Source of the DNA: an uncultured Pelagibacteraceae bacterium
Lineage (GTDB): Bacteria > Pseudomonadota > Alphaproteobacteria > Pelagibacterales > Pelagibacteraceae
Assembly: GCA_902599995.1 (NCBI GenBank)
Contig: CACKHN010000001.1
Coordinates: 48,503 to 112,502, forward strand
DNA: 64,000 bases
Direction: 5' to 3'
Shown: in pieces, positions 19,323 to 29,753 of the stretch
Layout of the letters: each line of letters opens with the position of its first letter
Position numbering within the stretch: the first letter of the stretch is position 1
Notes under the pieces: model-generated
The model's database searches: none
What the model saw: only the letters and a program-made list of their open reading frames with translations
Told to the model about the DNA's origin: nothing
Translations under genes and position numbers: made by a program

Positions 19323-20379
19323 TTAAAATTGATAATAAATTTTCATTAACATTAATCCATGTATTTTGATAATTTAAATTTTCTAAATTCTTTTTTTTTA
19401 ACAAATATTCATCTTTATTTTTGATTATCTTTAGCAAAAGATCCTCAAAATTTCTTTTCACAAAATCCTTTTGGTTTATAATCCAACAAGAATTGTGAGC
19501 TTTATAAAATTTTGCATTTTCTTGTTGATGATTATCCATAGAAGATGGTAGTGGAATTGATATAAAAGGAACTTTTAATAATGATAATTCTGCTAAACTT
19601 GAAGCACCTCCTCTTGTAATACAAAGATCAGATTTAATTAAAAGCTTATTGAGATCTTTTTCAAATACAAAAACATGATGTTCGATCATATTTTCTTTAT
19701 AAAAATTCATTAGAAAATTTTTATTACTTTGACTTGTTTGGTGAATAATTTTTATTTTTATAGTTTTTGAAACTTCTGCTAAAGCTTGATGTAACAAACT
19801 ATCAAAAATTTTTGCACCCTGACTTCCCCCAATAATAATAACTGTAAATAAATTATTTTCTTTCAAATTTGCTAATTCTGAATAATATTTTTTTCTTACT
19901 AAAGGTTTTAGAATTCTTAATTTATTCTCAAATTTTTTTGGAAAATTAATTATATTTTTTGAATAACATATAACGATTTTTGAAAATTTTAAGAAAAATT
20001 TATTTGCTCTTCCCAAAACCATATTTGGCTCAATCAAATAAATATTAATACCTAATAATTTTGCGGCTAAACATAAGGGTAATGACATATAACCACCAGT
20101 TGAAATTAAGATAGATATTTTTTCTTTTTTTAAAATACTCAAAGATTTAATGATTAATAAAAAAACTTTTAAAATTAAAAAAGGAAAAAAAATAGAGATT
20201 TTAAGTTTTGGAGTATCAACAACAAGTGGTTTATATTTTTCTTTTTCAAAATATTTTAATCCTCTTAGATCACTTGAAATTAATATGTCATACTCATTTA
20301 TTAAATGATCATGAATTGTTAAAGCTGGTAGTACATGTCCCCCAGATCCACCAGTGGTAATCATGATTTTTTTTTTCAT
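19312..20379 (-). CDS. murG: Lipid II synthase (GlcNAc transferase)
   Basis: GGSGGH, TGGY, GGSQGA, RGGASS and HQQENA motifs. Confidence 0.93.
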   Translation of the reverse strand: MKKKIMITTGGSGGHVLPALTIHDHLINEYDILISSDLRGLKYFEKEKYKPLVVDTPKLKISIFFPFLILKVFLLIIKSLSILKKEKISILISTGGYMSLPLCLAAKLLGINIYLIEPNMVLGRANKFFLKFSKIVICYSKNIINFPKKFENKLRILKPLVRKKYYSELANLKENNLFTVIIIGGSQGAKIFDSLLHQALAEVSKTIKIKIIHQTSQSNKNFLMNFYKENMIEHHVFVFEKDLNKLLIKSDLCITRGGASSLAELSLLKVPFISIPLPSSMDNHQQENAKFYKAHNSCWIINQKDFVKRNFEDLLLKIIKNKDEYLLKKKNLENLNYQNTWINVNENLLSILNEN

Positions 20380-20382
20380 CAG

Positions 20383-21504
20383 CTAGTTTATTCTCCTTTT
20401 TGTTAAATTTAATATAATTCCTGCAAGTATTGATGTGCTAATAATTGATGAGCCTCCATAACTTAAGAAAGGTAAAGTCATTCCAGTAGTCGGAAATAAT
20501 CTAATATTTACACCGATATGAATTGTGGCTTGCATTAAAATTAAACTTATTGATCCTATTAATATCAGTTTAATTCTATCATTTGTTTCGAAACTGATTT
20601 TTTTAAAAACCATATAAATAAATATCAAAAATAATAATAATATTAACATTATAGCAACCACTCCAAATTCCTCTGAAATCACAGAAATGATATAATCAGT
20701 ATGTGCCTCAGGCACTCTGTTTTTAAGAGTGCCTTCTCCAATTCCTTTTCCAAAAAAACCTCCACTAGTAATCGAGTCTATTGCTTTATCAGACTGAAAA
20801 TTGTGAGTTCCTGTTTCCCTGTCAAAAAAAGATTGGATACGCCCTTGTATATAATCAAACCTGGGTACGTATACTATTAAATATGTTAGCAAAATTATTA
20901 CTAAGAAAAAAAATGCTAAAAGAATAAATAGATTAATACCTGATGTAAAAATTAATACAGACCAAGAAAAAACTACCAGTAAGGTTTGACCTATATCTGG
21001 CTGGAGTATTAGTAGAAGAGATATAATTGATGTAGTTAGTGCCGTTAACACATATTTAATCATTATATTGATTTTTTCAGTACAAAGGATATTAGCCAAA
21101 AAAACTATCAAAAAAGGTTTTAAAACTTCGATAGGTTGAAACCTTGGTAAAAAAAGAAAATCTATCCATCTCTTGGAGCCTTTGACCTCAACACCTATAA
21201 GTGGAACTAATAATAATGAAATTAAAGAAATAAAAAAAAGTATTATTGAATATTTTATTAATTGCTCTTTCTTGAGAGAAGAAAATAAAAAAACAATAAA
21301 TATCCCAATCAGTACATAAATTAAATGTTTGAAAAAAAAGAAATAACTATTTGTATCTAATTTATCAGAAGCTACTAATGATGTAGAAACTAAAGAAAAT
21401 AATAGACCAATAATAAATAACAAACTAATTATAAAAAAAATAGACTTATCAATATTTTTCCACCACAGATAATAAAATTTATAAAAAAAACTATCGCTTT
21501 GCAT
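20383..21504 (-). CDS. ftsW: SEDS peptidoglycan polymerase FtsW
   Basis: Multi-TM protein with GSKRWI, QPIE, PEAHTD, EEFG and LPFLSYGGSS. Confidence 0.93.
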   Translation of the reverse strand: MQSDSFFYKFYYLWWKNIDKSIFFIISLLFIIGLLFSLVSTSLVASDKLDTNSYFFFFKHLIYVLIGIFIVFLFSSLKKEQLIKYSIILFFISLISLLLVPLIGVEVKGSKRWIDFLFLPRFQPIEVLKPFLIVFLANILCTEKINIMIKYVLTALTTSIISLLLILQPDIGQTLLVVFSWSVLIFTSGINLFILLAFFFLVIILLTYLIVYVPRFDYIQGRIQSFFDRETGTHNFQSDKAIDSITSGGFFGKGIGEGTLKNRVPEAHTDYIISVISEEFGVVAIMLILLLFLIFIYMVFKKISFETNDRIKLILIGSISLILMQATIHIGVNIRLFPTTGMTLPFLSYGGSSIISTSILAGIILNLTKRRIN

Positions 21505-22789
21505 TTAGATACTTTTTAATTATTTGATTAAAATGAATACCTCTATCCTCAAAGTTTTTAAAATTATCAAATGATGCTCCAGCTGGACTAAATAAAATTA
21601 TATTTTTTTTTACCTTATTAAGTTTAATATCCAAAAATATTTGATTGAGTGTATCTTCTAAATTTTTAGACTTTTTAATTTTTAATTTATTTTTAAAATA
21701 TTTTCTAAATTTTTTATAATGTTCTCCGAATATATAGCCCTTTAAATTTTTACATTGGAATTTAGTAAGATTAAATTTATCTCCTTTTTTTGGTATACCA
21801 CATAATATCCAATAAACATTTTTAAGGTTTTTAAGAAGACTTTCTGATGAAGCAAAACTGGTAGATTTCGAGTCATTTATTATACTTAAACGATTATTGT
21901 CATAAATTATTTGTTGACGATATTTTAATCCCTTAAATTTATTTATTGTTTTTAATATTTTTTCTTTATTGAGATTCAAAATTTGACATATTTTTAAAAT
22001 AAAAATTAGATTTTCTTTGTTTCCAAAAGACAAAAAATAACTATTTGATATTTTTTCAAATATTTTAGGGGTATTTGAAGTATCTATTTTAAAAATTTTT
22101 TGTTTGTAGTTTTTGCTTTTCAGTTTTTTTTTAATAACTGGGTCATTCCCTTTAACAAAAGCTACAGATTGTTTTGTTTGTGAATTTAATAATCTAAACT
22201 TAGCTTCAATATAATTTTCGAAATTTTTATGTCTCTCGATGTGATCAGGTGTAATATTAAGAATAACAGAATATTTTGATCTAAAAATTTTACTATAATC
22301 AAGCTGATAAGATGATGCTTCAATTATAAAAAAAGTTTTTTTTGTAATTTTTTTTTCAGAAAGGACCGGATTTCCAATATTTCCAATTAGTCTGGCATCT
22401 TTTTTTTGATCCCTTAAAACATCATATAGGAGTTTTGCGGTGGTCGATTTTCCATTCGTACCAGTGATCGTAATACTATCATTGCTAAAGAATGAGTAAA
22501 AAACGTCAAGATCTGTATAAATTTTAGACGAATTCTGCTTCAAGTATTTTGATAACCTACAATTGGAACAGTCTATACCTGGGCTAATTATTATAAAATC
22601 AAAATGACTTTTAATTATTTTTGAAAAACTTAGGCTTCTTATATCAAATTTTAGATTATTTTGAGGGTTGTCATCAAATAGATTTATTTGGGCTTTTTGT
22701 CTTAGGAAATTATAAGTTGATATCCCACTTTTACCTAATCCGTAAATTAATATTTTTTTTTTTAAAAAAATATTATTGATTTTTCTCAT
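21491..22789 (-). CDS. murD: UDP-MurNAc-L-Ala:D-Glu ligase
   Basis: GLGKSG, TGTNGKSTT, EASSYQL, NDSKST and SPAGASFD motifs. Confidence 0.93.
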   Translation of the reverse strand: MRKINNIFLKKKILIYGLGKSGISTYNFLRQKAQINLFDDNPQNNLKFDIRSLSFSKIIKSHFDFIIISPGIDCSNCRLSKYLKQNSSKIYTDLDVFYSFFSNDSITITGTNGKSTTAKLLYDVLRDQKKDARLIGNIGNPVLSEKKITKKTFFIIEASSYQLDYSKIFRSKYSVILNITPDHIERHKNFENYIEAKFRLLNSQTKQSVAFVKGNDPVIKKKLKSKNYKQKIFKIDTSNTPKIFEKISNSYFLSFGNKENLIFILKICQILNLNKEKILKTINKFKGLKYRQQIIYDNNRLSIINDSKSTSFASSESLLKNLKNVYWILCGIPKKGDKFNLTKFQCKNLKGYIFGEHYKKFRKYFKNKLKIKKSKNLEDTLNQIFLDIKLNKVKKNIILFSPAGASFDNFKNFEDRGIHFNQIIKKYLNAKR

Positions 22790-22809
22790 TATCTTAATTT
22801 TTTTTTCAT
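22789..22809 (-). other. Mini-ORF MKKKLR formed by a tandem duplication with a 20-bp period between mraY and murD
   Basis: Minus strand reads ATG AAA AAA AAA TTA AGA TAA. Its ATG overlaps the mraY stop and its TAA overlaps the murD ATG. TCATTATCTTAATTTT occurs at 22786 and 22806. Confidence 0.6.
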
Positions 22810-23894
22810 TATCTTAATTTTAAAGTCGCCAGTCCTATCATTGCTAAAATGATAGAGATGATCCAAAATCTTATGACCACTGTTGATTCTGGCCAACCCT
22901 TCTTTTCAAAGTGGTGATGAATTGGTGCCATTCTAAAAACTCGTTTACCTGTGAGTTTAAAAGAAATTACTTGAACCATCACAGAGACTGCTTCGAGCAC
23001 AAATAACCCCCCCGTAATTGCAAGAACAATTTCGTGTTTAGTTATTATTCCTACTGCTCCAAGAGATCCTCCTAAGGACAATGATCCAGTGTCTCCCATA
23101 AAAATTTTAGCTGGTGGAGCATTAAACCAAAGAAAACCTAAACATGACCCTATAATAGCTCCACAGAAAATTGAAATTTCACCTGTACCTTCAATATAAG
23201 GTATTTGTAAGTAATCTGAAAAAACAATATTGCCAGTTACATAACTTATAAATGCAAAACATCCTGCAACTAAAATAACTGGTACTGTTGCTAAACCGTC
23301 TAAACCATCTGTTAAATTAACTGCATTAGATGAACCAATTAAAACGAAGACAGCAAATGGTATAAAAAACCATCCTAAATTAATAATTAAGTTTTTAAAG
23401 AATGGAAAATATAAATTAGTAATGTTCTCATATTCTACAAAGTAAACATAAAAATAAATTCCTATAATTGCTAAAATGATCTGATAAATTATTTTAAATT
23501 TAGATGATATACCTGAAGAGTTACTATGTTTAATTTTTTTATAATCATCGAAAGCTCCTAAAATACCAAATGAAATAGCAATATAAATACAAAAAAGAAT
23601 GTTTATATTCGATAAATCCGCCCAACATAAGACTGAAATTAATAAACCTATTAAAATTATCACACCACCCATTGTTGGGGTTCCAATTTTTTTTACAATA
23701 TGATCTTGAGGACCATCATCTCTAATAGGATTTAAAATTTTTTGGGTAGAGAAAAACTTTATTAAAGGTCCACCAATAATTAAAACTATAGCTAAAGATG
23801 TAAAAAGAGATAATCCAGTTCTAAAAGTAATGTATTTGAATACATTCAAAAATCCAAGAGTATCAACAAAGTTGAGAAGAAATTGATAAAGCAT
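22809..23894 (-). CDS. mraY: Phospho-MurNAc-pentapeptide transferase
   Basis: GTPTMGG, DDY, NAVNLTDGLDGL, FMGDTG and APIHHHFE motifs. Confidence 0.97.
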   Translation of the reverse strand: MLYQFLLNFVDTLGFLNVFKYITFRTGLSLFTSLAIVLIIGGPLIKFFSTQKILNPIRDDGPQDHIVKKIGTPTMGGVIILIGLLISVLCWADLSNINILFCIYIAISFGILGAFDDYKKIKHSNSSGISSKFKIIYQIILAIIGIYFYVYFVEYENITNLYFPFFKNLIINLGWFFIPFAVFVLIGSSNAVNLTDGLDGLATVPVILVAGCFAFISYVTGNIVFSDYLQIPYIEGTGEISIFCGAIIGSCLGFLWFNAPPAKIFMGDTGSLSLGGSLGAVGIITKHEIVLAITGGLFVLEAVSVMVQVISFKLTGKRVFRMAPIHHHFEKKGWPESTVVIRFWIISIILAMIGLATLKLR

Positions 23895-26732
23895 TTAATT
23901 TGTACCTTTTAATTCTTTTACAATCTTATTGAAACCTGTCGCATTTGAGGCCTTAATCATTAAGAAATCATTATTATCAAAGTTATTTTCAATTAATTCG
24001 TTTATTTGCGATTTATTCTTTAAAACTGAGCCTTTTTTAAATTTAGAAATTCGATCATATAAAAAGAAAATTTCTTTTCCTTTGACGAAAACTTTATCAA
24101 TATTTGTCTTATTAATTACTGGTGCTATAGACTCATGAAGTTTTTTTGAGTGATTACCAAGTTCCAACATATCACCAAGAATAAGATATTTTTTAGAGTG
24201 TTTTGTTTTAATCTTGTCATAGTTTAATATTGCGGTCTTTAAAGATAACGGATTAGAATTATAACTTTCGTCAATAAGATTTATAATTTTTTTATTCACT
24301 TTAATTTTTGTAATATCTCCCCTACCTTCTGGAGTTTTAAAATTTAGAAAGGTACTTTTATTTAATTTTGAAACATCAAAAAAAATGCTTTTAACAGCTA
24401 GGGCAGCTAAGATATTATAAATATTATTTTGAAAATCATTTGAAATTATAAAATTTTTAGTAAAATTATTTACTTTTACTTTAATTTTATATTTTTTTTT
24501 TAATTTCGTAATATTTTCAAGTTTTATATTTGCGTAACGATTATAAATCCCAAAAGATAAAACTTGGATTTTTTTTTTTTGAGAAATTTTTTTATGTAAA
24601 CCAAAAAAAGAATCATCAGCATTAATAACCACATAACCATTGTCTTTAGTATTATTAATTATTTCTGATTTCGCCAGAGCTATTTGTCTTATATTTTTAA
24701 AGTTTTTGGCATGAGCATAGTTAATATTTGTGATTACACTTACATCAGGATTAATAATATTTGACAGCTGATGTATTTCTCCTTTTTTATCCATTCCGAC
24801 TTCCAGAACACCATAATCATCATTTTGGTTTATATTAAAAAGACTAAGAGGAACCCCATATTTGTTATTATATGATTGTGGAGAAATAGTTGTTTTGGAT
24901 ATTTTGTTTAAAGAACTTCCTAATAATTCCTTTAGAGAAGTTTTTCCACAACTACCAGTTATGGCAATAATTTTTGTAGAAATATTTTGCCTAAAGATTT
25001 TTGCAGTTTCTGTGAGTACACCTAATGGGTTTAATGAGCTTACTTGTTTATTTTTAGATAGTTTATTTTGAATTTTGTGTACAACAGCGATAGATACCTT
25101 TTTTTTAATTACTTGTTTAACAAATTTATTTCCATCATTTATTTTTCCTTTAATTGCAAAGAAAATATCATTTTTTTCAACAATCTCAGAATTTATGGAA
25201 GCTTTATTTATGACTGAGTTTGATGAAAGAACATTATGACCAAATCTTTCATTAAAAATATTTAATTTTAAATCTTTTGACAGAATTAAATTCTTTTTTT
25301 TAATTGAGCTCAAAATTATTTGTCTATCTGATAAAAAAATTTTTCTATTTCCAATCTGCTGTGTTTTTTCATGGCCTTTTCCTGCAACTATTAAAATATT
25401 TCCTGTCTTTAAGTTATTTATTGCTTTTGCAATTGCTTTTTTTCTATTAGAAATTTCAACTGTTTGACATTTTTTTATACCCTTTTTAATCTCTTCTCTT
25501 ATTTTCCTTGGACTTTCATGTCGTGGATTATCATCTGTCAGGTAAATTTTATCTGCATATTTATCAGCAATTTTGCCCATTTTTAATCTTTTTCCCTTAT
25601 CTCTATCTCCGCCGCATCCAAAAAGTACAGAAATAAACTTATCTGGAAACTGTTCTCTAATATTCTGAATACAAGTTTGAAGAGCATCTGGAGTATGAGC
25701 GTAATCAAGGAATACTAAAGATTTATTTTTAATTTTCCCAATATTTTCCAACCTGCCTTCAACTGGAGATAGTTTAGGGATAACACTAAATACTTTATGT
25801 AAATTCAAATTACTTTTTAAGGCCGCCATTGCTGCCATAATAATATTTTTTAATTGAATTTTTCCTACAAGATTAACTCTAATATTGTGTGTTTGATTTT
25901 CGTATTTTATTTTTAATATTTGGGCCTCATTTTCATAACTATGGGATAAAATCTGGAAATTTTTATTTTCTAAAGTAAATAAGTTTAATTTTTTTTTTAA
26001 ACTGATATCTTTAATTTTTTTAAATTCAGGTATTTTTTCATCAATTATAACAAATCCTTTTTTTTTAATTAGATTTTCGAACAGGTAAAGTTTAGCATTT
26101 AAGTAACTTTTTAAATTTTTATGATAGTCTAAGTGATCTTGGGATAAATTTGTAAAAATAGCTGTATTAAACATAAGTCCATCTAATCTATTTTGATGTA
26201 ACCCATGACTTGATGCTTCCATAATTACATTCTCAATTTTTTTTTTTTTTAATTGATTAAGGATTTTGCTTAAATTAATGGGATCGATAGTAGTATTAGA
26301 TAAATTTAAACTAAAGTTATTTGATTTCACACCTAGTGTTCCTATTGAAGCAACATTTTTATTGTTCAAATGTAATATTTGATAATAAAAATCTGAAACT
26401 GAAGATTTACCATTGGTACCTGTTACAGCTAATAAATTGCTAGGCTTTTTTTTAAAAATACTAAAAGAAATTTTAGCTAGTAATTTTCTAATATTTTTTG
26501 TTTGGATAAATAAAACTTTATTTTTTTTTTCATCAAATTTTTTTTCAGTAACAATTATTTTGCAACCTTTTTTTATTACAGATGGTATAAAATTATTACC
26601 ATCTATATTATTTCCTTTTATTGCAAAAAAGATGTAATTTTTTTTAAATTGTCTATGGTCAAAACAAATTCCAGAAAAAAAAATGTCATTATATTTTTTT
26701 TTTATCTGTTGAAAATGATCCCCTAAACGCAT
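23895..26732 (-). CDS. murE-murF: Bifunctional MurE-MurF fusion ligase
   Basis: 945 aa with two Mur ligase modules. MurE half: TGTNGKSS, DYAHTPD, DDNPR, AGKGHE. MurF half: TGSCGKTS, SYNNKYG, DESYNSNP, GDMLELG. Confidence 0.93.
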   Translation of the reverse strand: MRLGDHFQQIKKKYNDIFFSGICFDHRQFKKNYIFFAIKGNNIDGNNFIPSVIKKGCKIIVTEKKFDEKKNKVLFIQTKNIRKLLAKISFSIFKKKPSNLLAVTGTNGKSSVSDFYYQILHLNNKNVASIGTLGVKSNNFSLNLSNTTIDPINLSKILNQLKKKKIENVIMEASSHGLHQNRLDGLMFNTAIFTNLSQDHLDYHKNLKSYLNAKLYLFENLIKKKGFVIIDEKIPEFKKIKDISLKKKLNLFTLENKNFQILSHSYENEAQILKIKYENQTHNIRVNLVGKIQLKNIIMAAMAALKSNLNLHKVFSVIPKLSPVEGRLENIGKIKNKSLVFLDYAHTPDALQTCIQNIREQFPDKFISVLFGCGGDRDKGKRLKMGKIADKYADKIYLTDDNPRHESPRKIREEIKKGIKKCQTVEISNRKKAIAKAINNLKTGNILIVAGKGHEKTQQIGNRKIFLSDRQIILSSIKKKNLILSKDLKLNIFNERFGHNVLSSNSVINKASINSEIVEKNDIFFAIKGKINDGNKFVKQVIKKKVSIAVVHKIQNKLSKNKQVSSLNPLGVLTETAKIFRQNISTKIIAITGSCGKTSLKELLGSSLNKISKTTISPQSYNNKYGVPLSLFNINQNDDYGVLEVGMDKKGEIHQLSNIINPDVSVITNINYAHAKNFKNIRQIALAKSEIINNTKDNGYVVINADDSFFGLHKKISQKKKIQVLSFGIYNRYANIKLENITKLKKKYKIKVKVNNFTKNFIISNDFQNNIYNILAALAVKSIFFDVSKLNKSTFLNFKTPEGRGDITKIKVNKKIINLIDESYNSNPLSLKTAILNYDKIKTKHSKKYLILGDMLELGNHSKKLHESIAPVINKTNIDKVFVKGKEIFFLYDRISKFKKGSVLKNKSQINELIENNFDNNDFLMIKASNATGFNKIVKELKGTN

Positions 26733-26734
26733 TA

Positions 26735-28423
26735 TTAATTAATCTCTATATATTTTGTGGCTAAAATCGGTCCAACTTTATCTATAATCTTTCCTGCAAC
26801 TTCAACAGAAGTCCAACCAGCAGTATTATACAAAGTACCTTTCCACCCACCTTTTTTATGTCTGTATTTATAATAATAATCTTTTGCTTTCTGTGGAGTA
26901 TCCAACATCACTATAAATACATACTGAGGACTTGATGTAGGAAATATAGATGCAAAAGTATTTATTTTAGCATCAGAATAAGCTCCATCTTTAGGCTGAT
27001 CTGCAGTTCCAGTTTTTCCACCAATCTCAAAATATTCTACATCTGCAAATTTAGCAGTTCCCTCCTCCGTATTAACTATTTTTCTAAGAGCACTCACAAC
27101 TTGTTCTGATACCCCTTTATTTAGTAATTTTTTTTTCTTTTTATTTTTTTCAGTGTTCTCTTGAATAAGAGTTGGCTTTACATCGTATCCACCATTCGAC
27201 AAAATCGCGTAACCTTTGGCAAGTTGAAGAATTGTAGTAGCTACCCCATGACCAAAGGATGCAGTTGCAAGTTTACATTTTCCAAAATTATAATTTTTTT
27301 GAGGGGCCACCTCCTCTATATCAAACTGAATATCACTAAGAATACCAAGATTTTCTAAAAATAACTTAAATTTTTCTGAACCAACTTTTTGTGCAATTCT
27401 CACTGAGCCTATATTTCCAGATCTTACAAATATTTGTTCTGCAGTTAAATTAGACGGAATTTCATTATCATACTCTCTTATTGGAAACCCATAGCAATTT
27501 ATTGATTTTGGAAGATCAAAAAATTCAGTTTCTGGTTTGATTAGTTTTTCATTTAATGCACTCGCAAACGTAAATGCTTTAAAAACTGAGCCTAGTTCAT
27601 AAGTTCCTTTTGTTACTCTATTTATATAATTTGTATCAGTTAATTGTTGCCTTTGATTTGGATCAAAATCAGGCAGAGAAATTAGAGATAGAATATTTCC
27701 ATTATGAATATCCATTAAAATTGAGGCACTTCCTTTACTATTAAAAATTTCTTGATATTTGATTAATTCTTCACGTATAAGAAATTGTAAATCTTTATCT
27801 ACTGTTAACCTGACGGGTTTTCTAGATTTTAACAAAGTATCATTTAAAGATTTTTCCAATCCCGAAATTCCAACGTTGTCATTATCTATTTGACCAATAA
27901 TATGACTAAAAAGATTTTTTTGAGGATAAATCCTTAAAACTTTTTCCTCAGGTTTTAAAGATTTGTCTCCAAGTTTCATCAACTTTTCATAATTTTCCAC
28001 AGAAACTTTTTTTTCAAAATAGAAAAAGTTTTTTTGTTTTATTTTTTTTTCAATTTCATCAAAATTTTTGTCTGGAAAGATCACATTTAAACTTAGTAAT
28101 AATTTTTTTGGATTTATTACATCTGATGTTTTTAGCCCTATATCAATAGAATTAACAGTTTTTGCTAAATAATTACCGTTAATATCTACAATATCAGCTC
28201 TATAAAGCTTTTCATTGATTAGGGAATTATTTGTTTTTTCTACTGATGAATATCGTGTACCAAGTTTTATTAAATGAATGGAGTAAATAATATGTATTAT
28301 AAAAAAAATGAAAAAAATGAAAGCAACCCTATTAAACTGAATATTTAATCCAGTCTTTTTCTTTTCGTATATAAAATCATTTTCGTTATCTTCTATTATT
28401 AAATTTGATTTATATTTATTCAT
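26735..28423 (-). CDS. ftsI: Division transpeptidase PBP3
   Basis: RADIVD, SxxK (SVFK), SxN (SGN) and KTG (GKTGTA) motifs. Confidence 0.92.
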   Translation of the reverse strand: MNKYKSNLIIEDNENDFIYEKKKTGLNIQFNRVAFIFFIFFIIHIIYSIHLIKLGTRYSSVEKTNNSLINEKLYRADIVDINGNYLAKTVNSIDIGLKTSDVINPKKLLLSLNVIFPDKNFDEIEKKIKQKNFFYFEKKVSVENYEKLMKLGDKSLKPEEKVLRIYPQKNLFSHIIGQIDNDNVGISGLEKSLNDTLLKSRKPVRLTVDKDLQFLIREELIKYQEIFNSKGSASILMDIHNGNILSLISLPDFDPNQRQQLTDTNYINRVTKGTYELGSVFKAFTFASALNEKLIKPETEFFDLPKSINCYGFPIREYDNEIPSNLTAEQIFVRSGNIGSVRIAQKVGSEKFKLFLENLGILSDIQFDIEEVAPQKNYNFGKCKLATASFGHGVATTILQLAKGYAILSNGGYDVKPTLIQENTEKNKKKKKLLNKGVSEQVVSALRKIVNTEEGTAKFADVEYFEIGGKTGTADQPKDGAYSDAKINTFASIFPTSSPQYVFIVMLDTPQKAKDYYYKYRHKKGGWKGTLYNTAGWTSVEVAGKIIDKVGPILATKYIEIN

Positions 28424-28728
28424 TATTTTTTCAATATTTTTAACTCCTCAACTTGCTTTTTATTTTTTGAAATATTATAAATTTTGATATTTTTAATATT
28501 TTTTTGAATTAACTGATCGTCAAAATATAAAGATTGAAATTCAAGTAGTTTTTCAGCAGAGCTTAAATAATCATGTTCTAGCATGATATTCTCGTATTCA
28601 GAATCTAAAACTCTTAAATTTTCTTTTGTTGTAAATAATTCGTCCTCGATTTTTTTTGCTGAGTTTTTTATTATTGCCGTGAATAAAATTAATGAAAAAA
28701 TTGTGAATATTAAAATCATTTTTTTCAT
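28423..28728 (-). CDS. ftsL: Cell division protein FtsL-like
   Basis: TM plus coiled coil ending YLSS; lies between rsmH and ftsI. Confidence 0.65.
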   Translation of the reverse strand: MKKMILIFTIFSLILFTAIIKNSAKKIEDELFTTKENLRVLDSEYENIMLEHDYLSSAEKLLEFQSLYFDDQLIQKNIKNIKIYNISKNKKQVEELKILKK

Positions 28729-29735
28729 AATTTTTTTCCAAAATTTTCTATTTCTATTAATTTTTTAAATTGATCCTCAATATCTGTCTCAAAATCAAAA
28801 AAATCACTTTTTTTTATTGCAAATCTTAGTTTTGCAGACCTAGAAGAAGGGTTTTCATTCAACTCCTTATAACTGGGTGAAATTGGTTTTTTTTTGGTCA
28901 ATTTAAATAAGTTCTCACATTGTTGGGTTACTGGTGTATATCTGGAGATACTTTTATTTTCTGAGAGACTTTTTAAAAAATATTTAACTATTTTATCTTC
29001 TAAAGAGTGAAATGTTACAACTGCTAAAACTCCATCTTTTTTTAAAATTTTTGTGGCATTAATCAGTCCATAAATTAATTCACTAATCTCATTGTTAACA
29101 AACATTCTTAAAGCTTGAAAAGTTTTAGTAGAATTATTAACCCTAAAATTTTTTCTTCTTTTTGAAATATCAATTATTTTAACTAAAGTTTGAGTATCAA
29201 TTTTTTTTTTTATTCTTTCTTTAACAATATTTTTTGCGATATATTTTCCTTCTTTTTCATCTGCAAAATATCTGAAAATTTTTTCTAATTCTTTTTGATC
29301 TAGTTTATTTATTACGTCTTCAGCTGAAAAAGAATTTAAACCTAATTGCATATTTAATTTGCCAACAGTGTCAAACGATAACCCTTTATCTGGATCTTTG
29401 ATTTGAGTATAAGAATATCCTAAATCAAATATAATGCCTTTGATATTTTCGTTTTTTAGTTTTAAATTTTTTAATTGACTAAATTTTATATTTTTAAACT
29501 TAAATCTATTCTCAAATTTTTCTGTTAATTTTAAAGCAACTTTTTTACTTTCAGGATCTCTATCTAGAGCAATTACTTTAGTATTATCAAATTCTAATAT
29601 TTTTTTTGTATACCCACCTTGACCAAAGGTACAGTCAATAAATGTGCCGCCATATTGAGGGGAAATAATGCTAATAATTTCTTTTAGCAACACCGGATAA
29701 TGCTTTTGCATCATTGGTGTTATGGCGGCGTCCAT
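28725..29735 (-). CDS. rsmH: 16S rRNA m4C1402 methyltransferase
   Basis: [27 protein letters not shown] and SRSAKLR motifs. Confidence 0.95.
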   Translation of the reverse strand: MDAAITPMMQKHYPVLLKEIISIISPQYGGTFIDCTFGQGGYTKKILEFDNTKVIALDRDPESKKVALKLTEKFENRFKFKNIKFSQLKNLKLKNENIKGIIFDLGYSYTQIKDPDKGLSFDTVGKLNMQLGLNSFSAEDVINKLDQKELEKIFRYFADEKEGKYIAKNIVKERIKKKIDTQTLVKIIDISKRRKNFRVNNSTKTFQALRMFVNNEISELIYGLINATKILKKDGVLAVVTFHSLEDKIVKYFLKSLSENKSISRYTPVTQQCENLFKLTKKKPISPSYKELNENPSSRSAKLRFAIKKSDFFDFETDIEDQFKKLIEIENFGKKL

Positions 29736-29753
29736 TTATTTCTTTGAAGACCA

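Noticed and set aside
26237-26250. 14-nt homopolymer in murE-murF (and a 13-nt A run at 62798-62810) as phase-variation tracts
   Set aside because: The frames are intact, the genes are housekeeping, and Lys-codon runs are common in this AT-rich DNA.
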